Below, piece after piece: positions 48,419-60,690 of a stretch of 64,000 nucleotides of DNA (position 1 is its first letter; each line of letters starts with the position of its first letter). A program made the translations under genes and the position numbers. The notes below the pieces were generated by a model. The model was given only the letters and a program-made list of their open reading frames with translations. It was not told the origin of the DNA and did not search any database. Origin of the DNA: Eledone cirrhosa (taxonomy: Eukaryota); contig OZ024749.1 of the NCBI GenBank assembly GCA_964016885.1, positions 42,346,001-42,410,000 on the forward strand. Reading direction: 5' to 3'.

Positions 48419-48522
48419 CATTCTCAAAGATTTAGCAAATGCTTCCATAGCAACAGCTTCTTTACCTGGAGTCTTGGCTGCTAGATTACTTACAGCCTCT
48501 GCCATTAATATTTCACTACAAC
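48419..48522 (-). CDS. CCT2: CCT2 exon 14
   Basis: [35 protein letters not shown]. Confidence 0.93.
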
Positions 48523-48784
48523 CTGAAATATATGAAAGACAACTAAATTAAAGAAATTTTAAAATGTGCCTTATCTGTGTGTGTTTATTCAAATATTGCA
48601 GGGGTAAAAAAATAAGCACCGATAATATATTGAGAGTAACAATGCTTTTGCATACCATACCAGGTATTCTAGGGTGTCAATTCAATCAAATACACACACA
48701 CACTCTTCTTACAGATTTGAGCCCAAATCTCTAAATTCCACCAGAATCTCCTACTCATAGATAAAACACAAAATCTACACAAAC

Positions 48785-48925
48785 CTGCACCATGAACAGT
48801 CTTGGTTTCTTTCACTGTCTGTGAGAGCACACACAGGGAATCATGAAGAGATCTTTCTGCTTCATCTAAGATCTGTTGGGTAGCACCACGCAGCACAACA
48901 CTGCAAGCTTCACCAAGAGCCACAC
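48785..48925 (-). CDS. CCT2: CCT2 exon 13
   Basis: [47 protein letters not shown]. Confidence 0.95.
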
Positions 48926-49423
48926 CTGAAAGAAACAACACATCAAACATTAAAACACAGGACAATAAATATCAATAAAACATTTCCCTCTTTTTGGGAC
49001 AGGGCTCAAGCTGTAGAAAACTTGCCATACAAAGGGTTGTGGGGACTCTTCAGCTGTGCCATAGACATAACAACATCCCTAGTTTTTGATCTACAGGATA
49101 AACACACCCTGTAAAATGATTGGTGATAAGAAGGGCCTTGTGCTGAAGACAAGCCAAACAAAGTCAGGAAAATTCTTCAGCTGTCAAAGATATGACGATC
49201 TTCTTAGTGCTGGTGTTATGACAAACTGCACTTGGTAGATTGTATGTTGGGCCTCTAGCCCACTGGAGGTCAGAGGGTTTTGCCAGAATACTGACTGGCT
49301 TGTGATGACATGTCCAACCTTTGCAACAGGGAAAACCAGATGTTAAATGTTCCAAACACAGTTATTCTTGATATTCAATATCAAGCAGTGACTAAATTCT
49401 AATAAATATTTCAGACAACTTAC

Positions 49424-49531
49424 CCGAGAATTTGATCAACTTGTCTTCTCCAATCATAACTTCTTCTATAAGGTCACAATGACCAAGTTTGACACAGTCT
49501 GGAGCATCAAAGGTAGACACGATCTCTCCAC
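49424..49531 (-). CDS. CCT2: CCT2 exon 12
   Basis: [36 protein letters not shown]. Confidence 0.93.
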
Positions 49532-50230
49532 CTGAAACAAGAATTCATCATTTGTAGTTCTTTCTCAATCAAGTTTGTTTAATTCAAGAAAGGAAGTAGC
49601 TGGGATATCCTCCACCAGAATATTACATCATGATCATTACCAGTTTGTTTATTTTCCAAGTTTTCACGGTCTGTGGCTATCTAGACAGGCAGGTCAACAA
49701 AGTGTGTCATGTTCATATGTTCTATTTTGACATGGCTTCTATGGCCGGAACTATTTCACAATGTGTACTGAGTTTGTTTTCTCCTGGTACCACTACCAAC
49801 ACTTGATAGGATGAACTTGGTGCTTTTTTTAATGGCACCAGCACTACCACTTCACAGAGTGGGCTGGGTGCATTTTATTGTGCTACCAGCATATATATTA
49901 GCTACATATTTTAAAATACAAAACAGCACTATGACTCCATCCTGTCAAAGATTAAAGTTTTTACCCTAACATTGTAAATTTACATTGATCTCTCTGTCCA
50001 CTATAAACATTTTAATTAACAAATCGGTTTTTAGGCATTTTCTGCTAAATCATTACAGGATGTTAAAAAGTAAAAAATGCACTGAATTAGAAACAGGATA
50101 GTCACAGCTGATTAAACAAAATCCACAACTATGAAGGGTGTACATAACTTAAAATAGATTTAATTACATGGTTGAGAGAGACAGTGATCACTTCTCACCT
50201 GTAACAAGACAACAATAAACAAGTAGTTAC

Positions 50231-50334
50231 CTGTAACGAGAGCTAAACGTTCAACACCTTCAAAGTCTGCATGTTCAATAGCCATAACACCGGCATCAGA
50301 GAAAAGCTGTTCAGGATAGTTGTAGATGAGCTGT
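50231..50334 (-). CDS. CCT2: CCT2 exon 11
   Basis: [35 protein letters not shown]. Confidence 0.93.
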
Positions 50335-50624
50335 CTGGAGAAAACAAAACAGGATAATTGTAGTTATGTAAATAGGTAGACACACACACACACACACAGT
50401 ATAACGACAGGTGTAGCTATGTAGATAGGGTGGTGGTGGAGACCATATATTGACAGTAAAGACACATACACACAGTGTGACAGGTGTAGCTATGTAGATA
50501 GGTTAGTTGTGGCAAAGACATCTACTGAGAGGTATACTGACACATACACACAATATGACAGCCATACTAACATCTAAAGAGAAACAAAAATAATACCTCT
50601 CAAGTGACTTAAGACATTGTGTAG

Positions 50625-50751
50625 ATTGCTGGCCTTGTGCCAAAAGTAGAAACAAATATTATGTTTTATTACATTAGGGCCATTGTAAATGGTACAGTGT
50701 TTGATAAGATGTCATACTGTATGCCCCTTTACATAGTGAGTTTATATACTA
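50625..50751. repeat. Intronic inverted-repeat arm (partner 52785-52909)
   Basis: ~125 bp; one mismatch and one 2-nt indel against the reverse complement of 52785-52909. Confidence 0.9.
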
Positions 50752-51384
50752 AAAGGGGTTAGCCACGTAGACCCCATGACAAGTTTCATAGCCACAATAA
50801 GGTCCTTTTTGAAGCTATGTTTCATGGTTGGATGCCTTTCTTGGAACCAACCCTTTTAGTTGCATTTTATGACACAGGGATACAGTCTAGCTATTCTAGA
50901 CCAAACACACAGCAATATCATCATTGTTTAATGCCTATTGTCCTACACAAGCATGGTTTGGATGGCTTGTCATGTCATGCTCATACGAATCTGTATTTTG
51001 GCTTGTTTTTTTACAGCTGGATTTTGTGGTATATATACATATATATATATATATCAACATTGTTTTGCTGCTTTTGTTTTACCCTTCCCAACATCAACCC
51101 TTTTAGTCACTTTTTACGGCATGCACTGATATGGTGTGCCTAATCTAAATTGAATACACGTGGGTGTCTATATGTATGCATATATATATCTTCTAACTCA
51201 CTATATACATTATATGAGGGCCAGCTGCAAAGTTAATAGGCTGACCAAGACACTCTCATGGAATGACCAAATGAGGTTTACTTTTCAAGATTTCACAGCA
51301 CCAGCATCACTTGTTCATTGCCAGCCTATAAACGTTTCAGTCAACCCTTGTGTATATATATATATAAATGAAATAGTAACTGAC

Positions 51385-51512
51385 CTGTTAATAAATACAT
51401 TACAGCCATGTTTCAATATTTTATTTACTTTATCCTTCATCTTCTCCCTCTCAGCAACTTCCAGGTCAGCAACTTTAGAAATGGCATCAACTTTCACTCG
51501 GGAACCAAACAC
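51385..51512 (-). CDS. CCT2: CCT2 exon 10
   Basis: [42 protein letters not shown]. Confidence 0.95.
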
Positions 51513-51643
51513 CTAGAAAAGACAACAGACGTTTAAAGATCACCAACACTATGGAGGTTGTCATGACTTTGGCATAGTTGAAGAGTCTTCCTGACCCTTT
51601 GAGAAATTAAAAATCAATAATAATAATTAAAAAACGTCCTTAC

Positions 51644-51744
51644 TTTGATTTTATCAGCATCCATGGGAGTATTTGCAACAAGGATCTTAGCATTTTCTAT
51701 TCTCTTTGGTTGGTTGACACCAATTTTTTTGTCAAGAAGGAAAC
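51644..51744 (-). CDS. CCT2: CCT2 exon 9
   Basis: [34 protein letters not shown]. Confidence 0.93.
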
Positions 51745-52415
51745 CTGGATAATGGAATGGGGTTCAAATTAATATGGTGAGGAAATTGAGGCAAAATGTA
51801 ATTTATATAAATGTCATATCAAGCTCTGTAAAGACATGTGGCTAAGAATTTATGGTGCTTGGCTTACAATCATAAGGATATAAGTTCAATCCTCAACGAC
51901 ATATTGAGGCCTTGAGCAAGGCAAGTTGCTTAAGCACAATCAGTTGGAAAAGGGCCAACCATGCCACGCTGAATCCCTCTGAGAACTATGTTATGGGTAC
52001 ATGTGATTGTGCAATTTTCAGCCACTTGCATGTTAAATTCACAAGCTGGTTGTTCTGTTGATCAAACAACTGAAACACTCCTCACTGGAACTTCAACACA
52101 TACACACATGCTAAGACGAAAAACACTTGGGCCGAGACTCCGGTTTGTTTGTTACTCTTCTAGTTTTCGAGAGTATGAAAAGAACCACGGACACTGCTTT
52201 TCTCTATCTGATTAAATATCATTTTTATACCAACTTTTCTGTCCTGCCATGGGTTGCATGGGATTTTTTGAGGCAATGTTTTACAGCCAGATGCCCTTCC
52301 CGGCACCAACTTTTTAGTCACTTCTTATGATACTCAGGGATATCGTGTATCAATTCTAAACTGGCTACATGTGGTTAAATAGTTAAAAAAAAACAAAATA
52401 AAAACCATAGCTCAC

Positions 52416-52491
52416 CTTCATCAAGATAAGAATCTTTCATTCCACTTCCCAACTTCTTAATGATTTGAATGACAGAAATATCATTGTTTCC
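52416..52491 (-). CDS. CCT2: CCT2 exon 8
   Basis: GNNDISVIQIIKKLGSGMKDSYLDE. Confidence 0.92.
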
Positions 52492-52784
52492 CTGGAAAAA
52501 AAAAAAAAAAAAAAAAGTCACTAATTTTAGTAAATCCCCCAAATCCTTCATTAATTAATTGAAACAGAGTATTTCATAAGAAATCTGGTCACAAGAGGGT
52601 TAAGAAGACCAAACTGTACCACAAATCACTTAGAACGACACTACTGCTTCTATATTCCACAATCCTTGTAATAATAAGGATTTCTAACATAGTGGAGGCT
52701 GGGAGCAACTAATTAAACCAAACCCAGTATGTAACTGGTATTCTATCGACTCTAGAAGGATGGAAAGTATAAAATCTACCCTGG

Positions 52785-52909
52785 TAGTATATAAACTCAC
52801 TATGTAAAGGGGCATACAGTATGACATCTTATCAAGCACTGTACCATTTACAATGGCCCTAATGTAATAAAACAATATTTGTTTCTACTTTTGGCACAAG
52901 GCCAGCAAT
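52785..52909. repeat. Intronic inverted-repeat arm (partner 50625-50751)
   Basis: Reverse complement of the partner arm at 50625-50751. Confidence 0.9.
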
Positions 52910-53650
52910 TATCCCAGTGTATTACTGGTGCTTCATTTTATTGACTCCGTAAGGATGAAAGGCAAAGTTAACCTCGGCGGGATTTGAACATAATAATGGT
53001 CTCTAATTTAGGCTCAAGACCTGCAGATTTGGAGGGAGAGCGAAGTTGTTGAAATTAACTATTTAACCAGTACTTTATTTTATCTACCCCAATAAAGATA
53101 AAAGGCAAAATTGAACATAGAATGTAAAGAGTGGCATGGCTAAATACTGCTAAACATTTTACCAGCCCAGCCCAGCCCAGCATAAGACTAACACGTTTTT
53201 GGGAGGGGAACGTCTAGTAAATCAACCCTGTAAGGAAAGGCAAAGCTAACTGCAGTAATCCACCACAATTATAGTTTCTGATTTAGGCAGAAGGCCATCA
53301 ATTTTGGGGGAAGAGAAAGTCGACTAAATCAACCGCAGTGCATTACTGGTATTTTATTTTATCGACTCTTGAAGGATGAAAGACAAAGCTAACCTCAGGG
53401 GATTTGAACTCAGAATGTAAAGCAGCAAAACATATTTGATGCTCTACCGATACTGCCAATCCACCGCCCTAGTAATAATAATGGTTTCTTATATAGGCAC
53501 AAGGCCAGCAATTTTGGGGGAGGCGAAAGTCATTCATATCAACCCCAGTGCAGGACTGGTACTTTTATTTTATCGACCCCGTAAGGATGAAAGGCAAAGT
53601 TAACCTCGGCAGGATTTGAACCCAGACTGTAAGTCTATGCTGCAAAACCA
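52870..53650 (-). mobile_element. Stack of SINE family B copies in CCT2 intron 7
   Basis: Four or more co-oriented units with GGATGAAAGGCAAAGTTAACCTCGG centre. Confidence 0.75.
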
Positions 53651-53679
53651 CTGTAATAATAATAATAATAATACAATAC

Positions 53680-53806
53680 CTTTAGTTTCATAACAGCATT
53701 AACTGCTAGCTCAGAAAAATGTTCACTGTGTTGAGTAAGAATCTTAGAACCAAGAGTTGTTAGAGCTATATTCTTTAAATCTTGACGGAACTTTACAGGA
53801 TCATCA
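53680..53806 (-). CDS. CCT2: CCT2 exon 7
   Basis: [43 protein letters not shown]. Confidence 0.93.
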
Positions 53807-54151
53807 CTGCAAATAGAGAAGGAACAAATGTTTCAATTGGTAAAATAAACATTTTATATGCATGCAGTAACTAGAAGCAATTGGTTACTAGTGTTACTAA
53901 TAACAGACAGGTACTAACTGTAAGCTGTGTTCTATTGGTTAAGTACTATTTTATTGAATGTATGAACAAGACATCTAGCAGTTGTGGCAGAACAATATTT
54001 GACTCGGACAATAACAACTTATCTTGACCTATGCCAGTGGGGAAAGTAGATGGTGTGGTCACTATTTCATTCAATTTTGTACTAATAATCATTATACACT
54101 ATTATATTTACCATGTGGCCAGTATTTGAATGTATTCTGTACTATTATTAT

Positions 54152-54338
54152 GTGAATTGGCAGTATCGGTAGAGGGTTGGACGCCATGCTTTCTAGCATA
54201 GTTACGTCCCTTTACAGTCTGAGTTCAAATCCCGCCGAGGTTAACTTTGCCTTTCATCCTTACGGGGTCGATAAAATAAAGTACCAGTAATGTACTGAAT
54301 AATTGCTGGCCTTGTGCCTAAAGTAGAAACAATTATTA
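54152..54338 (+). mobile_element. SINE family B, full copy (tRNA head, Meta-like centre, (TAT)n tail)
   Basis: A box TGGCAGTATCGG, B box GTTCAAATCC, centre GTTAACTTTGCCTTTCATCCTTACGGGGTCGATAAAATAAAGTACCAG. Confidence 0.85.
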
Positions 54339-54642
54339 TATCTACAATATATTTTATAGTAATAAATTATATTATTTACATGTTAACAGCTTAATATATA
54401 TTTCTACCTTAATAACTATTATAGTTACCAGCATCACAAAGAAGCTTTGAGTATATATATGTGTGTGAATATATTTCTGTTGAATTTTGTTTATCATAAT
54501 CATCATTTCATTTTACATATAACCTAAAGTTCAGTAACCTACTGCTATATTGAGCTGGGTCTATCCAGGGGTTCAAAATATTGAAATGATGAAGGGGGAG
54601 GGAGAGAGCGAGAAAGAGATGCCACAGAAGCTTGATACATAC

Positions 54643-54755
54643 CCATTGTCGTTTGCTGATTTCTCTAAAGCCTCCCTAGCAACAGTAGTTGCTTTCCTCC
54701 ACCCAGATATTATAGTTTGTGGATGGATCTTCATACGGATTAAGTTTTCAGCTTC
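54643..54755 (-). CDS. CCT2: CCT2 exon 6
   Basis: [37 protein letters not shown]. Confidence 0.95.
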
Positions 54756-55842
54756 CTGGAAATAGAAACAAACAAACAAGTGAGATACACAGATGGAGAC
54801 ATCATCATCACTATCCTCATTTCCACATTGACTTCCAGCCGGATACGATACAGCTATTCAACACACAGGGATACGATACAGCTATTCTAATCTGAATTCA
54901 CACACACACACATATATATAAACAATGAATTGATTAAGCACTAAACTTCGCCTTTTGTTTTCATTGTTCAACATATATGTGTGTGTGTGTGTGTGTATAT
55001 ATTTACATATTTAGAGAGAGAAATAGGGTGGAAGGAAAATATAACAGTTCATTTATAACAATGTTATGTGATGTAAACAATTTCTATGATACACAATGAC
55101 TAGGTTATAGTAAGGTTTGAATTTGTAGTTATCAAATCAGTGGTCAAACACAGGCTGAGTTATCATCATCACCGTTTAACATCTATTTTCTATGATTGCA
55201 AGAGTTAGATGGGCTGCCACGTTATGTAACCAGTGATGTTGGTCCCACAACATCCAGGCCGAAACAAATGAGATCGTGTAGGTGTCACGACAAAAAACAC
55301 ACAGTCCACGCTGTAAATGTGGCTGTGTAGGCAACACGGTAAAAACCTCCCAGCCCCACACTGTAAATGTGGTTGGTGTTAGGAAGGGCATCCAGCTGTA
55401 GAAAACCCGCCAGACAGTCCATGCTATAATGTGGCCGTGTAGGCAACACGGTAAAAACCTCCCAGCCCCACACTGTAAATGTGGTTGGTGTTAGGAAGGG
55501 CATCCAACTGTAGAAAACCCGCCAGACAGTCCTATGCGAGCAAGACAACCACTCTTGCCTCAAGTGGGAAAACCCCCGTCCAAACCCATGCAAGCGTGGA
55601 ACACGGACGCTAAACCTGATGATGATGATGATGATGATATCATTGCATGTACACACATGTGAAATAAATGGGTTATCAGTCTTATGATACACAATATCTG
55701 GGCTGTAGTAACGTTTGAACATGTAATCATGGGATCAGTGATATATCATCACAGCCTGAGTGTACATGAAATAAATAAGTTATCAGTTTTATGATGACCA
55801 CCCCCCAAAATACATCAGATATCCCCCTTAGCTAGTGTTTAC

Positions 55843-55919
55843 CTTTAAAAGTTCACAAGCCAAAACAACAACTGATGTTGTTCCATCACCAACTTCATCA
55901 TCTTGAACTCTGGAGATGT
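55843..55919 (-). CDS. CCT2: CCT2 exon 5
   Basis: [26 protein letters not shown] (GDGTT ATP-binding motif). Confidence 0.95.
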
Positions 55920-56429
55920 CTGCAAGAAGAAAAATGGAAAAGGGATTCACATTGGTGAACTACATTAACCACAATAGCATATGGATGACACAAATGTTTT
56001 TTTTCTTTTTACTATGTTGAACTTTAGACCCAGTGTATTACTAGTGGCAAGCATCTTACAAGAACTGAGCTACCTGAGAACCAGGTTCAATTCAAGTCAC
56101 TACGGAGAGGCATGAATCCCACAAATCTCATGCTCCAACTTAATGATATCAAGAGATGATTGATGTGTGCTCAAAAATACATTTAATAATTCAGTTAAAT
56201 AATCAACTATACACTGCAGCAGTGGGTGGAATATTAATGTTATATATCTATATCTAGGGCGGGGGAAATTCCTTTACCCTGATAAAATGCACCTAGTACA
56301 CTCTGTATGGTGCGGAAATAAACGAGATGTGGGCTTATGGCGCATCTGAGAGGTTAACAGCACCTATTAAGTACTGACCATGTCTTTGACCACCTGTCCA
56401 ACCGTACTTACAGGGAAAACAGACATTAA

Positions 56430-56638
56430 CCCTTTAGCATTTAAACCGGCCGTATCCGACCAGAATCGTCTCATCTCTTTCTGTTCAAACCGACTGCTCA
56501 TACCGATGTTAAGGTATTATTCCCAAAATAAATAATATCAAAATCTCAGATTCTTTATAATGTGAGATAATTGTGTGAAATAAAGTGTTTACCATGAAAA
56601 TATAATAGTAAATATAGAGAAATGTAAATGCTAAAGGG
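56430..56638. mobile_element. piggyBac-type MITE (family P), intact
   Basis: TTAA|CCCTTTAGCATTTAAACCGGCCG ... GTAAATGCTAAAGGG|TTAA. Confidence 0.85.
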
Positions 56639-56800
56639 TTAAATGATTATAAATATATATATAAGCCCTCATGTTTTTAATGGGACATTTCTGGCTGAAT
56701 ATCCTTCATTAAATGTAAAACACTTGCCTCAGAATGTCCCGCCCAACCCATGCAAGAGTGGTAAAGTAGACAAAGCTGAGGATGTAAAGCCACCACTTAC

Positions 56801-56915
56801 CAACAAGAACCTTTGCAGCAGGATTATCAACACCAAGTGACTTTAGAATAGTGGCACCATCATTGGTCACTTCAATAGCATTCTCTCCTCTACCTTGTTT
56901 CAGGAGGATTTTATC
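56801..56915 (-). CDS. CCT2: CCT2 exon 4
   Basis: [38 protein letters not shown]. Confidence 0.95.
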
Positions 56916-57252
56916 CTGATAAAGAAGAAAATAAAAAAAAAGATATAACCCCCAAAATACAGCACAAAATAAAATGCATCGTTATTTAGAAAAAAAAAAA
57001 AAAGTTGTATTTAAAAGAATTTTTCTATTGTACAAAATTTCCAATTGATATTAAAAAGAATGCATTGTTCCAACAGCGATTAACCATATACTCACAAATG
57101 TTTATAACCAGGTCTTATACATCAGGAAATATGTTACACAAATAAAGATAAACAGTAATTAGAAGTTAATTAGGAAGGATTGGAATTTCAAGAGGGCAAA
57201 CCCTGCTGATATCTACATTAATCTTGCTTTACAGAAGAAAAAGACTACTTAC

Positions 57253-57318
57253 CATGCCTTTTGGTCCCAGAGTACTTTTGACAACATCTCCAATAGTGAT
57301 AGCTCCAGCAAAGTAAGA
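57253..57318 (-). CDS. CCT2: CCT2 exon 3
   Basis: SYFAGAITIGDVVKSTLGPKGM. Confidence 0.95.
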
Positions 57319-57796
57319 CTGAAAAAGGAGAATGACAATGAACACAGAAATTTAGAGAATGTCTCAGATAAGAAACAACTTTACTATTAATTCTTAAACT
57401 CTTTCATTATCACATTTCTAATGCAAGACACGGTCAATAATTCTCTCAATTCATTGCCTTTTCAGAAACTCATATAAGTTCAACTTGCATTGTATTACTG
57501 TATTAGTATTAGTAAAACAAACCAAATTTTTTAAAACCAGGATTGTCCTCAGAAGAATTTTTAAAATATCGTTTTGGGAAGAAGTCCATCCAATAAGCCA
57601 CCAAATATGGTAATTAAGTTTCTCATTAGTAGGTGTTTGGATAATAACGGAACACAGGTTCTTAGATGAAATTATGACGAGACTTTTTACATGAATATAA
57701 ACACTTTCAAACAAACAACTTTGCATGGGTTGGATATATATATATGCAAGAATATATGCATTTAAATTTAGGGAAGAGATTTGTGAAAATACTTAC

Positions 57797-57874
57797 AAGA
57801 CGAGCTATTTCAGACTTTTCTTCTTCAGCCCCAGTGCTGAGAATCTGGACAGGGTTCATTGGGTTAATATAACT
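57797..57874 (-). CDS. CCT2: CCT2 exon 2
   Basis: SYINPMNPVQILSTGAEEEKSEIARL; CAACAG acceptor, GTAAGT donor. Confidence 0.9.
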
Positions 57875-58009
57875 CTGTTGGAATAGAATATAAATTATGA
57901 AATCAACAACAAAAGAATTAGCTTTCATTACATTAATTTGAATATCAAGATCAGCAATTTACCTACTTTCTTGCACTATTGTTGTCATTAGCTGGAGACA
58001 CACCCAGTT

Positions 58010-58380
58010 CATTCTGCAAAATGATAGTGCTAGTGCCACAACAAACATTCTTAGTACACTCTGTAAAGTGGTAGTACAGATAGTGCTATGGTAAAATACA
58101 CCCAGTACACTCTGCAAAGTGATAGTATTGACAGTGCCACAACAAAAGCACACAGTACACTATGTAAAGTGGTAGTATTGATAGTGCCATGGAAAATGCA
58201 CCTAGCACACTCTGTTAAGTGGTAGTATATATGTTGCCATGGTAAAATACACCCAGTGGTGTTAGGAAGTGCATGCAGCTGTAGAAACCATCCCAAATTA
58301 TAGAACATATCTCCTCGATCAGTGATGAGCCGTCCCAACCATGGTAGCATGACAAGCGGTTACAATCATGACGACGACAC
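58010..58380 (+). repeat. RTE-tailed element with ~5 tandem copies of the ~48-bp internal unit
   Basis: Unit AAAATACACCCAGTACACTCTGTAAAGTGGTAGTA...GTGCCATGG, then GTGTTAGGAAG block and decayed tail. Confidence 0.7.
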
Positions 58381-58606
58381 AATCAATATAGTTCTGTCTC
58401 AATATATTACTGGTATTGGATGCTTTAACAATCGTTCTCCTTTGAAGAAAATGAGAATAATATATCGTCGGATTCACCGGATTTATTGTGCGTGTGTATA
58501 TATGTATATATAGATATATACATATTTCTTCATTTTACTGTGTTGTTTGCCTCGTTTCCATTAATTTTTCGCACACACACACACACACACATACACATTA
58601 TATATA

Positions 58607-58705
58607 CAGGCTGTCCCTAAAAATGTATACACACTTCAATAGCATTCTAATAAATATTGGCTGTACAGATAACCGAAGTATGTATACATTTCTTGGGACA
58701 CCCTG
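58607..58705. mobile_element. Tiny Tc1/mariner-type MITE
   Basis: TA|CAGGCTGTCCCTAAAAATGTATAC ... GTATACATTTCTTGGGACACCCTG|TA. Confidence 0.75.
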
Positions 58706-59564
58706 TATATATATATAAGCGAAACATGCGAAATGAATCCGGTGAATTAGACAAGATATTTTTATTTTCTTCAAAGAAAGTCTATTGTCAAAGCTACCCC
58801 GAAAAGTGACACGGGTAGGATTTGAACTCAGAACGAAGTGGGACAAGAAAAAATACCGTAAACCTATTTATTTCAACAGTACCCCCACCCCAACATCTTC
58901 GATCATCTCCACAATAATAGTGATGACGATGATGATGATGGTAGTGGTTTAATTATTAGTCAGAAGGACGACACATGAATGACATTACAACAACGACATG
59001 CAAATCAACACCATATTAGGATAAAAGGAACCTAAAATGTTCTTTGTTGGAGAGGGTAGTAAGGACTGAAAAGATAAAAGGAACAATCAACTATATCCAT
59101 CGTATTTATATTTTATTTAGCAATAACTGATCAGTTTATCGGCTGTCACTAGGAAGATTTGAACTGGGAAGATGAAGAAACAGTAAAAATTTATATACCG
59201 TAAAAAGCAAATTTTTTTTTCTTACAAGACGACATAATTATGTTAAATAATAATTATATAATTATTAGCTGCATAAAAACATAAGATCGTATAAATATAT
59301 ATATGGAAATATAAGAAAATACAGTAAGAATGAGGGCCTATAATACCGGCATTAGTGATGTCTTCCTCAACACCGCGTGGTTTCAAAGATGGGCTAATAT
59401 AAGAAAAAAACCCGGTCGGTGCTGCTTAGTCATTGCTTAATTAAGTATCGAATAGGACAAATAATTATTAGATTAATCAAAAGGAAAGAGCGGAGGAGAT
59501 GACATGAATAAATATATAGATTATATATAGACATCGAGCAACAATATAAATTATTATGACTCAC

Positions 59565-59567
59565 CAT
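59565..59567 (-). CDS. CCT2: CCT2 exon 1 coding part (ATG only)
   Basis: CTTCACA-ATG|GTGAGT; phase 0 joins exon 2; total CDS 1614 nt, 537 aa. Confidence 0.8.
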
Positions 59568-59769
59568 TGTGAAGATTCTCCACAAATTGTATCAGATATA
59601 GGCAAGTTGAATATTCTAGAAGTGTGGAGTGAAGACCGGATACAGTTTTGTGATGGAGACAGACGGGTAATATAAATTTAACGGAACGAAAACTTAGCCA
59701 TAAAAAATAACCTAGCAAACGAAACGAAATCTCTCTCTATATATATAAATGTGTAATTCTGCTTCCTAT

Positions 59770-59800
<31 letters not shown>

Positions 59801-59933
59801 AGCAAAGAGATATTTAATTTGTTGGTTATTCAACAAATTTATTTATAATAGATTCGAAGCACTCTACAAGATTCTTCCGGAGTATAATATCAATGATATT
59901 AATAAATGGAAACTATCTTTATAAAACCATATT

Positions 59934-59994
59934 TATTTTATTATATATATATCAAGGGTACCAACATTTTGGTACGCTATCATCAGATAAAATA
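59934..59994 (-). ncRNA. Hammerhead motif with GAAA to GATA change (element ~59801-60052)
   Basis: TATTTTAT-CTGATGA-TAGCGTACCAAAATGTTGGTACCCTT-GATA-TATATA-TA-ATAAAATA; same subfamily as 9678. Confidence 0.65.
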
Positions 59995-60184
59995 CAAAAG
60001 TGGTTTTATAAATATTGACATATCCCAAACAAGAACTTATCGTTTTAAGTTCATATATATACTCACTATCACCGCTAGAACAAAAGGATTGCGATGGTCA
60101 TATAAAACACACACACACACACATATATATAGTGGTAGAACACTGGAAGGTAATATCCGTAGTGGTAGTGTACTCAGTCCATTA

Positions 60185-60222
60185 CGAGCTGACGATCCAC
60201 TAAGGTGAAACAATTGTTCTCG
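60185..60222 (+). ncRNA. Very compact minimal hammerhead ribozyme (element ~60131-60259)
   Basis: CGAG-CTGACGA-TCC-ACTAA-GGT-GAAA-CAATTG-TT-CTCG. Confidence 0.75.
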
Positions 60223-60257
60223 GTATGGTGAACTAACTGTTGTGTAACCACTTTTAC

Positions 60258-60323
<66 letters not shown>

Positions 60324-60586
60324 GTTTAAGCTTGTTGTATATATATATGCAGAGGTTATATTTAATTTGTTGGGATTCAACAAGCTTAAACATTTTTATA
60401 ACTGATATAAAGCACTCAACAATTTAGTGGAGTAAATATACAATATTTTAACAAATGGAATACTCAATCATAATTTTCTATCACCCTCAATAAATGTAAT
60501 ATCTCTACTATCCAGGAAGCTCCAACCATTAAGGTTGTCTTTTTTCAGGGTATGTCAATATTTATTTATAAAACAAATCTCTATTG

Positions 60587-60652
60587 TATTTTATCTGATG
60601 AAAGCGCACCATAATTTGCCTTGGTGGCCCTTGAAATATGTATAATAAAATA
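60587..60652 (+). ncRNA. Minimal hammerhead ribozyme (element ~60320-60696)
   Basis: TATTTTAT-CTGATGA-AAGCGCACCATAATTTGCCTTGGTGGCCCTT-GAAA-TATGTA-TA-ATAAAATA; 22-bp inverted repeat 60439-60460 / 60675-60696. Confidence 0.8.
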
Positions 60653-60690
60653 AATATGGTTTTATAAATATAGTTTCCATTTGTTAAAAT

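Noticed and set aside
55670-55760. Possible box C/D snoRNA on the minus strand of CCT2 intron 5 (GTGATGA...CTGA...ATGATTA...CTGA)
   Set aside because: Weak terminal stem, no rRNA complement that I could recognise, and part of a local tandem duplication; snoScan or Rfam would decide
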